Virus record (IMG/VR): IMGVR_UViG_3300005805_000045
Coordinates: 64,001-128,000 of that record
Source of the DNA: a virus
Direction: 5' to 3' (one strand)
DNA length: 64,000 nt
Under the pieces are notes generated by a model that did not search any database, was not told the origin of the DNA, and saw nothing but the letters and a program-made list of their open reading frames with translations. Below are positions 38,813 through 46,543 of this stretch, piece by piece. The stretch's first letter is position 1; the number at the start of each line of letters is the position of its first letter. Position numbers and translations under genes: made by a program.

Positions 38813-39875
38813 GCAGCCTTTCTAGTTGTGGAATCGTGTCTGTTCTAAGGCCACCGCGCTCTTCGATCTTCTTATTGAATCTGGAAACGACTTCATGGTA
38901 ATCTTCTGGGCTGACATGACCTTTCTTGACAGCGTTACTCATGGCTCTATGCATCTCGACCATAGACGAGTCCTCAGATAGCTTTGAACCTAAACGAGAC
39001 CCAAGCCACTCATGTTGTCTGGTGCCACCGTGGGCTGCTCTGTCTTCAGCAGATGTTTTGACGAGTCCATTTGGATGATCTTTGAAACGGGGGAACACAC
39101 GACCTTTGACGAGTGACAATTTCTTGGCACCGCCTGGTTCTTGGTTCTTTCCTGGCTTTCCTGTCTTCTCAGAAACCTCGAGCTTGTTTGCAGGATGTGC
39201 TCCGCCGAGTACAGAAACTGCGGCCTCTGCAAAGGCGTTTCTATGTGCGCCCTTGATCTTTTGATCCAAGTCTTCTCTGTGTGAACTGTTGGCAACGATG
39301 TGTGATGGGTCCATTTCTTCACCCTTGGGACCTTTGGGTGTATGCAATAGATCGATCTGCACAGGTGTCGTGTGACCTTCAGGATGATGGAAATGGAATA
39401 GAGCACTGGTAATACCAGAGCCATGTCGTGTCATGCTTTGTAGCGACATGTGACCAAATCGATTGTCCTTACCATCATTCTTGAACATGCCATGCAAATG
39501 GTTCTGAGACTCTTCGGTTGCGTGAGTATCAATATCGTTGAAATCTTGCTTACCCCATCTGGCCAAATCTTTTGGGGTAGTCTTCTTGTCCATGATGGGA
39601 CCAGTCGAGCCGCCATACTTGATGCCCTTTGAACCAAAGATATTGTGCCCAGCTCTCTCATGAAATCTCTTGCCGAACTCTTCCAGAGAACTATGAATTG
39701 CCTCTCTGTGGTCAGTGCTGATTGGCTCGCTTGCAACGTGACCTTCTCTGGCATCAGTCTTTGGCACAGGCAGAACTGGAATCGCTTTGCCCTTGGGTGT
39801 GGGAAGAAACATGTTCGTCCCGCCACCCTCTAGGAGAAAGTAGTTCTCGATTACAAACTGTTTGAAGGTTTTCAT
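38799..39875 (-). CDS. Pol-beta superfamily nucleotidyltransferase-like protein (paralogue)
   Basis: GGST..., FNDID, VQIDL; N-terminus MKTFKQFVIE..LLE-GGG. Confidence 0.65.
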   Translation of the reverse strand: MKTFKQFVIENYFLLEGGGTNMFLPTPKGKAIPVLPVPKTDAREGHVASEPISTDHREAIHSSLEEFGKRFHERAGHNIFGSKGIKYGGSTGPIMDKKTTPKDLARWGKQDFNDIDTHATEESQNHLHGMFKNDGKDNRFGHMSLQSMTRHGSGITSALFHFHHPEGHTTPVQIDLLHTPKGPKGEEMDPSHIVANSSHREDLDQKIKGAHRNAFAEAAVSVLGGAHPANKLEVSEKTGKPGKNQEPGGAKKLSLVKGRVFPRFKDHPNGLVKTSAEDRAAHGGTRQHEWLGSRLGSKLSEDSSMVEMHRAMSNAVKKGHVSPEDYHEVVSRFNKKIEERGGLRTDTIPQLERLHGHA

Positions 39876-40579
39876 AGTCCCATTTCCGTTCGTTTGATGA
39901 TGTAGTCTCGCACGAGACCTGACCGAACAATGTCCTGCTTCTCAAACTCGATGTAAGCGAACTTGTTCATACGTTTTGTGATATTTATAAAACTCATAAG
40001 GCCACTTTTGTCAGTCTCCTTCACTAGGTCAGTTTGTCGGAAGTCACCACAGAACATGATCTTGGAATAGTCGCCCATACGGGTCATGACTGTATCGAGT
40101 TCTGGGAACGTCATGTTCTGGAGTTCATCGACGATCACGACAGCATTGTTGAACGTGATACCACGAAGAAACGATGTGGTTGTGAAGTGAATGATGCCGC
40201 GCATTTTCAAAATGTCATAACCATCACCTCGACCAAAGAGTTCATCACAAATTTCCTTGTAGGGTTCTTCGTATACGCGAATCTTCTCTTTCACACTACC
40301 AGGAAGGAAACCAATGTCACGAGAAGGAACAACAGAGCGAACGATGATGACTTTATCATAGTTGCTTGATGATGACAGCACTTCATTTAACGCAAGATAC
40401 AAAGAAATGTAAGATTTACCAGTACCAGCATAACCATGAAGCATCAAATTAGAACCACGATTGTAGGCTTCGAAAGTCAGCTGTTGATTTGGTGTGAGTG
40501 GAGAAACTGTTCTGAGTTCGAAATGATTACGTTGCGCAGTCTGTTGATCTTGTTGCTTCTTGACTTTACGTTTTGACAT
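39872..40579 (-). CDS. phoH: PhoH-family ATPase
   Basis: GYAGTGKS, IGFLPG, FLRGITF, VDELQN, GDFRQTDL, DIVRSGLV; ATG 40579 has an AAGGAG RBS. Confidence 0.95.
   Translation of the reverse strand: MSKRKVKKQQDQQTAQRNHFELRTVSPLTPNQQLTFEAYNRGSNLMLHGYAGTGKSYISLYLALNEVLSSSSNYDKVIIVRSVVPSRDIGFLPGSVKEKIRVYEEPYKEICDELFGRGDGYDILKMRGIIHFTTTSFLRGITFNNAVVIVDELQNMTFPELDTVMTRMGDYSKIMFCGDFRQTDLVKETDKSGLMSFINITKRMNKFAYIEFEKQDIVRSGLVRDYIIKRTEMGL
39982..39989 (-). promoter_or_regulatory. Late promoter TATAAATA inside phoH, upstream of the NTase operon
   Basis: Perfect consensus about 107 nt upstream of ATG 39875. Confidence 0.7.
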
Positions 40580-40596
40580 AGTTTCTCCTTTATGCG

Positions 40597-40628
40597 AAAA
40601 AGGGACCTTCCTTAGAGAAAGGCCCCTT
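40597..40628 (-). terminator. Intrinsic terminator-like hairpin between the FmdB-like gene and phoH
   Basis: AAGGGGCCTTTC..GGAAGGTCCCTTTTT on the minus strand. Confidence 0.55.
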
Positions 40629-40670
40629 GCAATTTTCTTAAATTTAGGAATTGTCTTCTTACTCAACTGA

Positions 40671-40934
40671 TCAAACTTCCTTGGCTACGTCCCACCGTCG
40701 ATTGCCAATCTCAGTATGCGGATTGGCTGCTTTGACTTTGCCTAGAACATACTTTGAAAAGTCTGAGGGTGGTTTTGATACGCCGATACCAGCAGGATCG
40801 ACAACATTGAGTTTATTGTAGATTCGTTCGTGTTTAGGATTGTCTTTTTCGTATTGTTCCATTTCAGAGATGGACATAGAGAGATCAAATACTTCACCAG
40901 TATCAGTGTTTTGATATGTGTAATTAGGCATCAT
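40671..40934 (-). CDS. FmdB-like small regulatory protein
   Basis: MPNYTY....TGE.F...MS.SE...Y...NP pattern; TATAAATA at 40951-40958. Confidence 0.7.
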   Translation of the reverse strand: MMPNYTYQNTDTGEVFDLSMSISEMEQYEKDNPKHERIYNKLNVVDPAGIGVSKPPSDFSKYVLGKVKAANPHTEIGNRRWDVAKEV

Positions 40935-40953
40935 AACTCCTTGTATATCATAT

Positions 40954-41499
40954 TTATATAACCTCGAGATTCATCCAGTCTGGTACACCTCGTTTTGTCC
41001 AAGTATGTAGATGAGTTTTACCTTGCTTGTAATAGTTGCGATAGTTGGTAATCGAGTCGGCTGAGATGATGTACTTAGCGTCCATTGCAGGGGTAACTGG
41101 TGTGAAGTAGCCAACTGGAATATTGTATGGTGGAATTTTTAGATACGACAACAGAAACGAACACTTGTGTGATTTGCCATACCGATAATTGTATTCATTC
41201 AACAGGCCACGAAGGTGTTCATACAGCCAGGTATAGTTGTTATTGCTTCTACGGCACCACACGGCACTCGGATGATTGATATGTGTTGCTGAATAGATGT
41301 TCGTTTCACGATCATCATCGAGTTTCCATCGTTTGACTTTGCGACCAGTTTTTGATTGTCCAATATACTCTTGACCATCGAGAAGCCGATGTGCTGTTGA
41401 CAGCAACTGACACGTCTCGAGGATCATTTTGACCACATGCTTGTCAACCATCATCTGGGCTGCAATGTATGGATCTTTGTCGAGATAGAAGATGTTCAT
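40954..41499 (-). CDS. Pyrimidine-dimer DNA glycosylase / endonuclease V-like
   Basis: MNIFYLD.DP..AA....DKHVVKMILE..QLLSTAH, HINHPS.VW, YRNYY. Confidence 0.85.
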   Translation of the reverse strand: MNIFYLDKDPYIAAQMMVDKHVVKMILETCQLLSTAHRLLDGQEYIGQSKTGRKVKRWKLDDDRETNIYSATHINHPSAVWCRRSNNNYTWLYEHLRGLLNEYNYRYGKSHKCSFLLSYLKIPPYNIPVGYFTPVTPAMDAKYIISADSITNYRNYYKQGKTHLHTWTKRGVPDWMNLEVI

Positions 41500-41672
41500 T
41501 GCTTCACCTCATAAGTCGGACAGTGCTTGCCGTCTTCGATATACACGGGCGTCCGAACACGATTAGCATGTCGCAAAGACCAAGGCAACGTCAATAGACG
41601 CCAACTGCATTCGCCGATATCGTCAACTTCAGGATCACGAGTAAAGAAACGACAGGAACCACACTTTTTCAT
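41496..41672 (-). CDS. 58-aa Cys-containing protein (MKKCGSCRFF..GEC..C)
   Basis: ATGA overlaps with both neighbours. Confidence 0.65.
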   Translation of the reverse strand: MKKCGSCRFFTRDPEVDDIGECSWRLLTLPWSLRHANRVRTPVYIEDGKHCPTYEVKQ

Positions 41673-41806
41673 TCGTCTTTTCCTTTGTGTTTGATCTTGC
41701 GGGTATAGACTGTACGCATCCGCACAATCTTATTCTTGAACGGAGTATCCTTCACAAAAAGGATTTGGGCACTTCGGGGTTTTCGTTGTGTCTTTACTTT
41801 CGGCAT
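41669..41806 (-). CDS. 45-aa basic protein, ArfA-like C-terminus
   Basis: GGAG RBS; PFKNKIV....YTRK.KHK resembles ArfA PLFRQRV..SY.RK.KH. Confidence 0.5.
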   Translation of the reverse strand: MPKVKTQRKPRSAQILFVKDTPFKNKIVRMRTVYTRKIKHKGKDE

Positions 41807-42062
41807 CGTCTTTCTCCAGATGGGTTTTGATTTCATCCATAAGACCAGAGAGTTTACCTTTTCCAATATCTTCTTCATACCAATCAACAACCTCTCTCAA
41901 TAATTGTTTTTCTTTTCTTGTTTTTAGAGTATACATGATATGCTGCCTTTTGTCATCAGATAAATTAGACCAATCTTGAATTTCTTCTAAAGTACGAAAG
42001 CACCCGATGCAATAATTCGCATCGAGTGCAATCTTACAGACTTTTATGCAGGGACTAATCAA
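41730..42062 (-). CDS. DUF1289-family Cys-rich protein
   Basis: SPCIKVC......C.GCFRTL.EI.DW. Confidence 0.8.
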   Translation of the reverse strand: MISPCIKVCKIALDANYCIGCFRTLEEIQDWSNLSDDKRQHIMYTLKTRKEKQLLREVVDWYEEDIGKGKLSGLMDEIKTHLEKDDAESKDTTKTPKCPNPFCEGYSVQE

Positions 42063-42559
42063 ACTCCCAATTCCCTTCGATCTAAAGAGGTGCTGTCCCA
42101 GTCGGCATCAACACCATACGAACTAACAGGTTCACTAACAACAGTTTTCACATTCTTGTCCTTCTCACGGAGAGCCATGATAGCAGCGGTGGCCTTCTTG
42201 ATCTCTTCCTTGGTCATGACAGGCTTAGCAGCAGGCTTTTCCTTAGCAGGCTTTGCTGCCTTCTTCGGCTCAGGCTTCGCTGCCTTGACGACAGGCTTGC
42301 CAGTCAGCATAGAGCCAGCACGTCGATCAGCGGCCTTGATGGAAGTGTCAATGTTCTTGTTGATGCCAACATATGTATACGAGACGACAGTCCGACCCTG
42401 CTTGGTGGTAGTGATATCATGACCAGCCAACTTGAGGTACAGGACATATTTAGAAGCATAGTTGCCCTTACCAACATGCTTGTTGATCTGGTCGGGCGTG
42501 ACAGTACCCTTAGACTTGAAAAGAGAAAGGGCGAGATCGAGAGCGGTATTCTTAGCCAT
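42059..42559 (-). CDS. Hypothetical protein (possible winged-HTH with Lys/Ala/Pro-rich tail)
   Basis: ATG 42559 with AGGA RBS; KAAKP repeats. Confidence 0.6.
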   Translation of the reverse strand: MAKNTALDLALSLFKSKGTVTPDQINKHVGKGNYASKYVLYLKLAGHDITTTKQGRTVVSYTYVGINKNIDTSIKAADRRAGSMLTGKPVVKAAKPEPKKAAKPAKEKPAAKPVMTKEEIKKATAAIMALREKDKNVKTVVSEPVSSYGVDADWDSTSLDRRELGV

Positions 42560-42606
42560 GTGATTTACTTCCTGTGTTTGTGTTAGAACGAACGTGATAG
42601 GGATTA

Positions 42607-42933
42607 TTAGTCCCACCAGAACCGAACGATGTTGTTGGACGACATGGACAATTCATCGGGACGCCAGCGTTCGACCATCGGACCAACGAGACGCATCAAT
42701 CCGTAGGCACTCAGATCATTTACCTTGAACCGAAATACTGCATCCCAATTGTCGGTTGTCAGATTGGAAACGTCAATCGAGATCGAACCGTCCTTCACAG
42801 CCTTCAGAACGAGGGTAAGCAGGTCACGGTGATCGTTGAACATCCAGAAACCCAAAAGAATTTCCTCGAGGACGTTCTTCTGGGTTGCAGGAACGTCGAG
42901 CACCATGTTGGTGTTGTTGATAAACTGGGTCAT
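42607..42933 (-). CDS. Hypothetical early protein (ends RFWWD)
   Basis: ORF in the early operon. Confidence 0.6.
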   Translation of the reverse strand: MTQFINNTNMVLDVPATQKNVLEEILLGFWMFNDHRDLLTLVLKAVKDGSISIDVSNLTTDNWDAVFRFKVNDLSAYGLMRLVGPMVERWRPDELSMSSNNIVRFWWD

Positions 42934-42934
42934 G

Positions 42935-43354
42935 TTACTTCCCCTTTTTGGTGAGTTCATACGGCTTGTTCCAGCGACCGATGTTCACGTCAACGTACCA
43001 ACCCACGTCGAAGTAATCAGTCTGGATGTCCGAGTTATCGTGGTTACCCTTGTTGAGTGCACGGAACAATTCGTCGATGAATTTCAGGCACTTGCCATCA
43101 AAGTGCTTATCGTAGTGGTACGGGTTCACGTCGAGATGACCTTCAGCCGCAGTCCATGCAACACCACGCATCGCAACATTAGCACCGCAAACCTTGTTGC
43201 AGTTGCCGATAAAGTCAAGGCTGCCAGACTTGATATTACAAACGATGGTCAAGTGGTTGCGAACACCGAAAGTGGCCTTGACGCCGTATTTCTTCAGGAC
43301 CTTCTTGGCATCGGCGACGAGGGCAGCCTTGCGGTCTTGGGACATATAAGCCAT
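42935..43354 (-). CDS. Hypothetical early protein (DNSDIQTDYFDVGWY motif, large-polyvalent-protein-associated-like)
   Basis: First gene after an early promoter; motif common in phage early genes. Confidence 0.7.
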   Translation of the reverse strand: MAYMSQDRKAALVADAKKVLKKYGVKATFGVRNHLTIVCNIKSGSLDFIGNCNKVCGANVAMRGVAWTAAEGHLDVNPYHYDKHFDGKCLKFIDELFRALNKGNHDNSDIQTDYFDVGWYVDVNIGRWNKPYELTKKGK

Positions 43355-43395
43355 GGTGTGGATTTCCTGTGGTGGTTGTCGGTTCAACTATGACC

Positions 43396-43460
43396 ATTAT
43401 ACTGGCCTGTGGAATGGATGCAACACATATCTTTGCATGGATGGTATGCATTTATGCATG
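43396..43460 (-). promoter_or_regulatory. Early sigma70 promoter with GCAT/ATGC operator
   Basis: TTGCAT-N16-TATAAT; upstream ATGC-N6-GCAT-N7-ATGCAAA. Confidence 0.75.
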
Positions 43461-43520
43461 ACTGATGGGATCGATGGAATATGCGTTGGAGCTGGCCGTT
43501 TGCGTGGAGGCCGGGTTGGT

Positions 43521-43575
43521 GGCTAAGTCATTGAAATCATTAGACATGAAGTCTAGCAAAATCAATGACTTAGCC
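43521..43575. repeat. 14-bp perfect inverted repeat with IHF-like arms
   Basis: GGCTAAGTCATTGA...TCAATGACTTAGCC; inner TAGAC/GTCTA stem. Confidence 0.85.
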
Positions 43576-43581
43576 TTGCCG

Positions 43582-43776
43582 TTAGTGTATTGTATTGATT
43601 AGAGAAAATTCTGAGTTGCCCCAGACCTTTAGGCAATAGTTCTCGGCATAGTACTCTGCGACCTCTGGCTCCACGAACACCATATGGTGTACCATCAACT
43701 TGTTCTCATAGACTTTGAGATCATACGCACACACACCATTCGATCGGGTATTCTTCTCTATGATGATCGATTTCAT
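43582..43776 (-). CDS. Hypothetical protein
   Basis: ATGA overlap with upstream gene. Confidence 0.55.
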   Translation of the reverse strand: MKSIIIEKNTRSNGVCAYDLKVYENKLMVHHMVFVEPEVAEYYAENYCLKVWGNSEFSLINTIH

Positions 43777-44093
43777 TTGCTCACCTTTCCTTTGAGGTAA
43801 GACGCAACACAATAGGACGAGACGCTGGCTTTGATGTGGACCCGTTCGTCGCTGGGGCACTTGAAGGCACACAGCATGAAACCTCGAGTAGCCACATAAC
43901 CGAGATCGGTGTCCAATCGGGCTTCACGAGCCGTGGAGATCATTTGCTCGACCAGTTCGTTTGTCGTGAAATGCTCGGCATGAGGATTGAGAACACGAAC
44001 CACGTCGGCTGTTTCACGCAGGTTTTCTAGATCGAACACCATGTCGCTGATGACCACTTCGGTTGCTTCATCCAAAATCATATTCATCTCCAT
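43773..44093 (-). CDS. Hypothetical protein
   Basis: TAATG coupling to upstream gene. Confidence 0.6.
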   Translation of the reverse strand: MEMNMILDEATEVVISDMVFDLENLRETADVVRVLNPHAEHFTTNELVEQMISTAREARLDTDLGYVATRGFMLCAFKCPSDERVHIKASVSSYCVASYLKGKVSK

Positions 44094-44737
44094 TAGGCTG
44101 CTGCCTTGAGGTTCTTGTTGAGCTGATAGTCCACCGACTCGATGGCGTCCTTCATCAACCCTTCGGTGTCGATCTCGGGAGCATCGGTGCGCTCACAATT
44201 GTAAGCCCACACCCAAGCCATATCACGATGATTCTTGTAGACCTTGCCGTTTTTGGCAACAGTGTCAACCATCACATCGGACAGGGCGATGCCGAGCTTG
44301 GTGGCCACGGAGCGACGATAGCCCCAGCCGTTTTCACGCTCGATCATAACGATAACCTTGCCCTTGGTACCTTTCTTGACCTTACGGCCAGCGACGACCT
44401 CGACCGTGCAACCCTTCTCAATACGATAAGCACGTGCCTTCTCGGCATTCAGGCGCTTCGAATACTCGATGGTGATCAGATACTCACGGTAAGCCTTGAG
44501 CACCGCCTTGGTCGCATCGACCTCAGCGTAGGAATTGGAATCCCAGGTGTAGTCGCAGAAGCGGATATAGACTTCTTTGGGCTGCTTGGTAGCCTTGTCC
44601 CAAACGAGAGCCTTGTCAGCCCCACCCCAAACGTCGGACATAATACGGTAATCGACGTTCTTGGTAACCTGGAGGACCAGACCCTTGTATTCAACGGACT
44701 TGAGCGAGCCGTCGGCATTCAGGAAGTGGATAGCCAT
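44093..44737 (-). CDS. Hypothetical early protein (KOW/SH3-like segment)
   Basis: KGCTVEVVAGRKVKKGTKGKV; follows an early promoter. Confidence 0.7.
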   Translation of the reverse strand: MAIHFLNADGSLKSVEYKGLVLQVTKNVDYRIMSDVWGGADKALVWDKATKQPKEVYIRFCDYTWDSNSYAEVDATKAVLKAYREYLITIEYSKRLNAEKARAYRIEKGCTVEVVAGRKVKKGTKGKVIVMIERENGWGYRRSVATKLGIALSDVMVDTVAKNGKVYKNHRDMAWVWAYNCERTDAPEIDTEGLMKDAIESVDYQLNKNLKAAA

Positions 44738-44770
44738 GTGCTAGGTTCCTTGTTCGCTGTTGATGGTGTA

Positions 44771-44836
44771 ATCATACTGGTTTCTGGAAAGAAAGCAACG
44801 CATACCTTTGCATATCAGGCATGCGTTGGATGCATG
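44771..44836 (-). promoter_or_regulatory. Early promoter with GCAT/ATGC operator
   Basis: TTGCTT-N16-TATGAT; ATGC-N7-GCAT-N7-ATGCAAA. Confidence 0.75.
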
Positions 44837-44838
44837 GC

Positions 44839-45138
44839 TCAGCGGAGGTATGCCACACCATAGGGACCGAGAGCACGACCCCAGGAATAATCAGGGTCAA
44901 ACACCGAGCCACGGACATGCTTGGCTGGAGCCTTCCAACTGGCAGGCTTGTAGATATTACCCTTCTGGTCGATGAAACAGTATACTGACCGTGATCCATG
45001 CGACTCGTCTACAACCTTGATATACTTGCGACCAGGCTCAGCCGTCAGTTTGACCGTGGTACCACGGCGATCCGACATATGCTTGGAGAGCACGGCAAGC
45101 ATCTGGTCAAGAAAGTCAGAAGTCAGATTGTTCGTCAT
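44839..45138 (-). CDS. Conserved phage early protein (GRKYIKV..SVYCF..G.IYKPASWKAPAKHVRG)
   Basis: Recognisable motif widespread in T4-like phages; AAGGA RBS. Confidence 0.75.
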   Translation of the reverse strand: MTNNLTSDFLDQMLAVLSKHMSDRRGTTVKLTAEPGRKYIKVVDESHGSRSVYCFIDQKGNIYKPASWKAPAKHVRGSVFDPDYSWGRALGPYGVAYLR

Positions 45139-45160
45139 AAGTTGTTCCTTCGTTGTCAGG

Positions 45161-45442
45161 TTAAAAGTAGGTGCGATGGCTTTTGATTTTCCACCGTTCA
45201 ACGATCCACTCGCCATTCGCATCCTCGTCCACGATAACATAAGCAACGGTTTCCATAACCCTTGCCATACGGGTCTCACCGAGCGGACCCACATAGATCA
45301 CGTGGTCAAACCTTTGCTTATCCTTTCGGCCGTTGATGTAGGCCATGACTCCATTCTGGGTGTGGTTATACTCAAAGAATTTACCAAACTCCACTTCCTT
45401 GAAGCAGCCGACAGACTGGTAAGCATTGGGAGCATAAGCCAT
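45161..45442 (-). CDS. Hypothetical early protein
   Basis: AAGGAG RBS; ETVAYVIVDED motif. Confidence 0.7.
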   Translation of the reverse strand: MAYAPNAYQSVGCFKEVEFGKFFEYNHTQNGVMAYINGRKDKQRFDHVIYVGPLGETRMARVMETVAYVIVDEDANGEWIVERWKIKSHRTYF

Positions 45443-45455
45443 GTGAGAAATCTCC

Positions 45456-45776
45456 TTATCGGATGTCGGTGTTGAGACGGGGTTTCAGGGTTCGGATCAG
45501 GTCACGTTCGATGGTGTGGGCTTCGGCTTTGCCACGAACAACCTCGAGGACTTCGACCGTGAAAGCATCACGACCGTACTTGCGAATTGCTCTGCATAAT
45601 GCCCAATTACGACCCTCAGTCATAGCCCGCTGGACATGCTTGCGCCAACGACGGCTGAGGCTCTTGGACGGGGACTTGTTCTCCACATACGTAACGCCGA
45701 TATAGATCAGATCACGCACTACCAACTGGTAGACGATGTGGTTGCGGTCGACCCGCTTTTTGCGTCGTTTGATCAT
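45456..45776 (-). CDS. Small GIY-YIG nuclease-domain protein
   Basis: IVYQL....IYIGVT..RW.KH..AIRKYG..F..E.LE..E..LI...P.LN. Confidence 0.8.
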   Translation of the reverse strand: MIKRRKKRVDRNHIVYQLVVRDLIYIGVTYVENKSPSKSLSRRWRKHVQRAMTEGRNWALCRAIRKYGRDAFTVEVLEVVRGKAEAHTIERDLIRTLKPRLNTDIR

Positions 45777-45782
45777 GGTTCC

Positions 45783-45810
45783 AGTATACTGGTCTGGAAT
45801 CGAAAGTCAA
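45783..45810 (-). promoter_or_regulatory. Early sigma70 promoter
   Basis: TTGACT-N16-TATACT; shares CCAG-TAT with the promoters at 43396 and 44771. Confidence 0.75.
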
Positions 45811-45869
45811 CCAGGGAAAGTAAAAAATTATTGCTTTTTTTGACCAGATCGTAGAATTTTTTTCTCAAC

Positions 45870-45898
45870 AAAAAGAGGGGTACTGATTGTACCCCTCT
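45870..45898 (-). terminator. Intrinsic terminator
   Basis: AGAGGGGTAC-loop-GTACCCCTCT-TTTT. Confidence 0.85.
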
Positions 45899-45907
45899 GT
45901 ATCAAGA

Positions 45908-46084
45908 TCATCTGTGTCGGTGAAAATCATCTACCTCGTCATAATCGGTTTCATGTTCGTGCCACGCTCGTTTCCAGTTCTTTGTTTCACGACGCCTGGG
46001 CGAATCTTTCTTTTTCGCTTTTCTCATGTAATCTTCATCTTCATCATAATATTCATAACTGTCGGTGCGATTATGACGCTTCAT
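45908..46084 (-). CDS. 58-aa highly charged hypothetical protein
   Basis: MKRHNRTDSYEYYDEDEDY...; AAGGA RBS. Confidence 0.6.
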   Translation of the reverse strand: MKRHNRTDSYEYYDEDEDYMRKAKKKDSPRRRETKNWKRAWHEHETDYDEVDDFHRHR

Positions 46085-46108
46085 GGTAGTTCTTTGTCCT
46101 TCTTTCTG

Positions 46109-46540
46109 TTATGTTGTGATCAAATCAGGGAATGCTGATTTTACCATCATTGGGGTTAGTCCTTTCACATTTTGTTTTTTGAGGAGCATGTTGGCAAAGA
46201 TTTCTGCCTCTCTAGCTTCAAGACATTCCAAAATTTGAATTAGAATTTGCTTACGTCTACTCTCCGAGAGATTTGCACTGGCTCTTGGATTGTTCTCTTG
46301 AAACAGATACACACGACTCAATTCTTGATGAATAGAGGAGTAGCCAAGACCTGGTGGTGCATCTGACTTTTTGTATGGGGGAATCTCTTTGACGTTGAAC
46401 TTGATGTTGTGATCATATGTGCCCTGGAGTATATTTCGAAGGGCATAACTGGAGTTATTTCGAAGCACATCAATCTTATCATCAACTGTTTCTGCTTTTT
46501 CAAACTCATCAAAGACTTCATAGATATTTTTCATTGTCAT
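46109..46540 (-). CDS. Conserved T4-like protein downstream of RNase H
   Basis: IYEVF..K..VLR, PPYK, FIQILE.L...EA pattern. Confidence 0.7.
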   Translation of the reverse strand: MTMKNIYEVFDEFEKAETVDDKIDVLRNNSSYALRNILQGTYDHNIKFNVKEIPPYKKSDAPPGLGYSSIHQELSRVYLFQENNPRASANLSESRRKQILIQILECLEAREAEIFANMLLKKQNVKGLTPMMVKSAFPDLITT

Positions 46541-46543
46541 TCC

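Noticed and set aside
40580-40666. N-terminal extension of PhoH in the ORF track
   Set aside because: It spans a terminator-like hairpin; ATG 40579 has a strong RBS
44063-44863. 266-aa plus-strand ORF and other antisense ORFs
   Set aside because: Shadow frames of minus-strand genes that have promoters and RBSs
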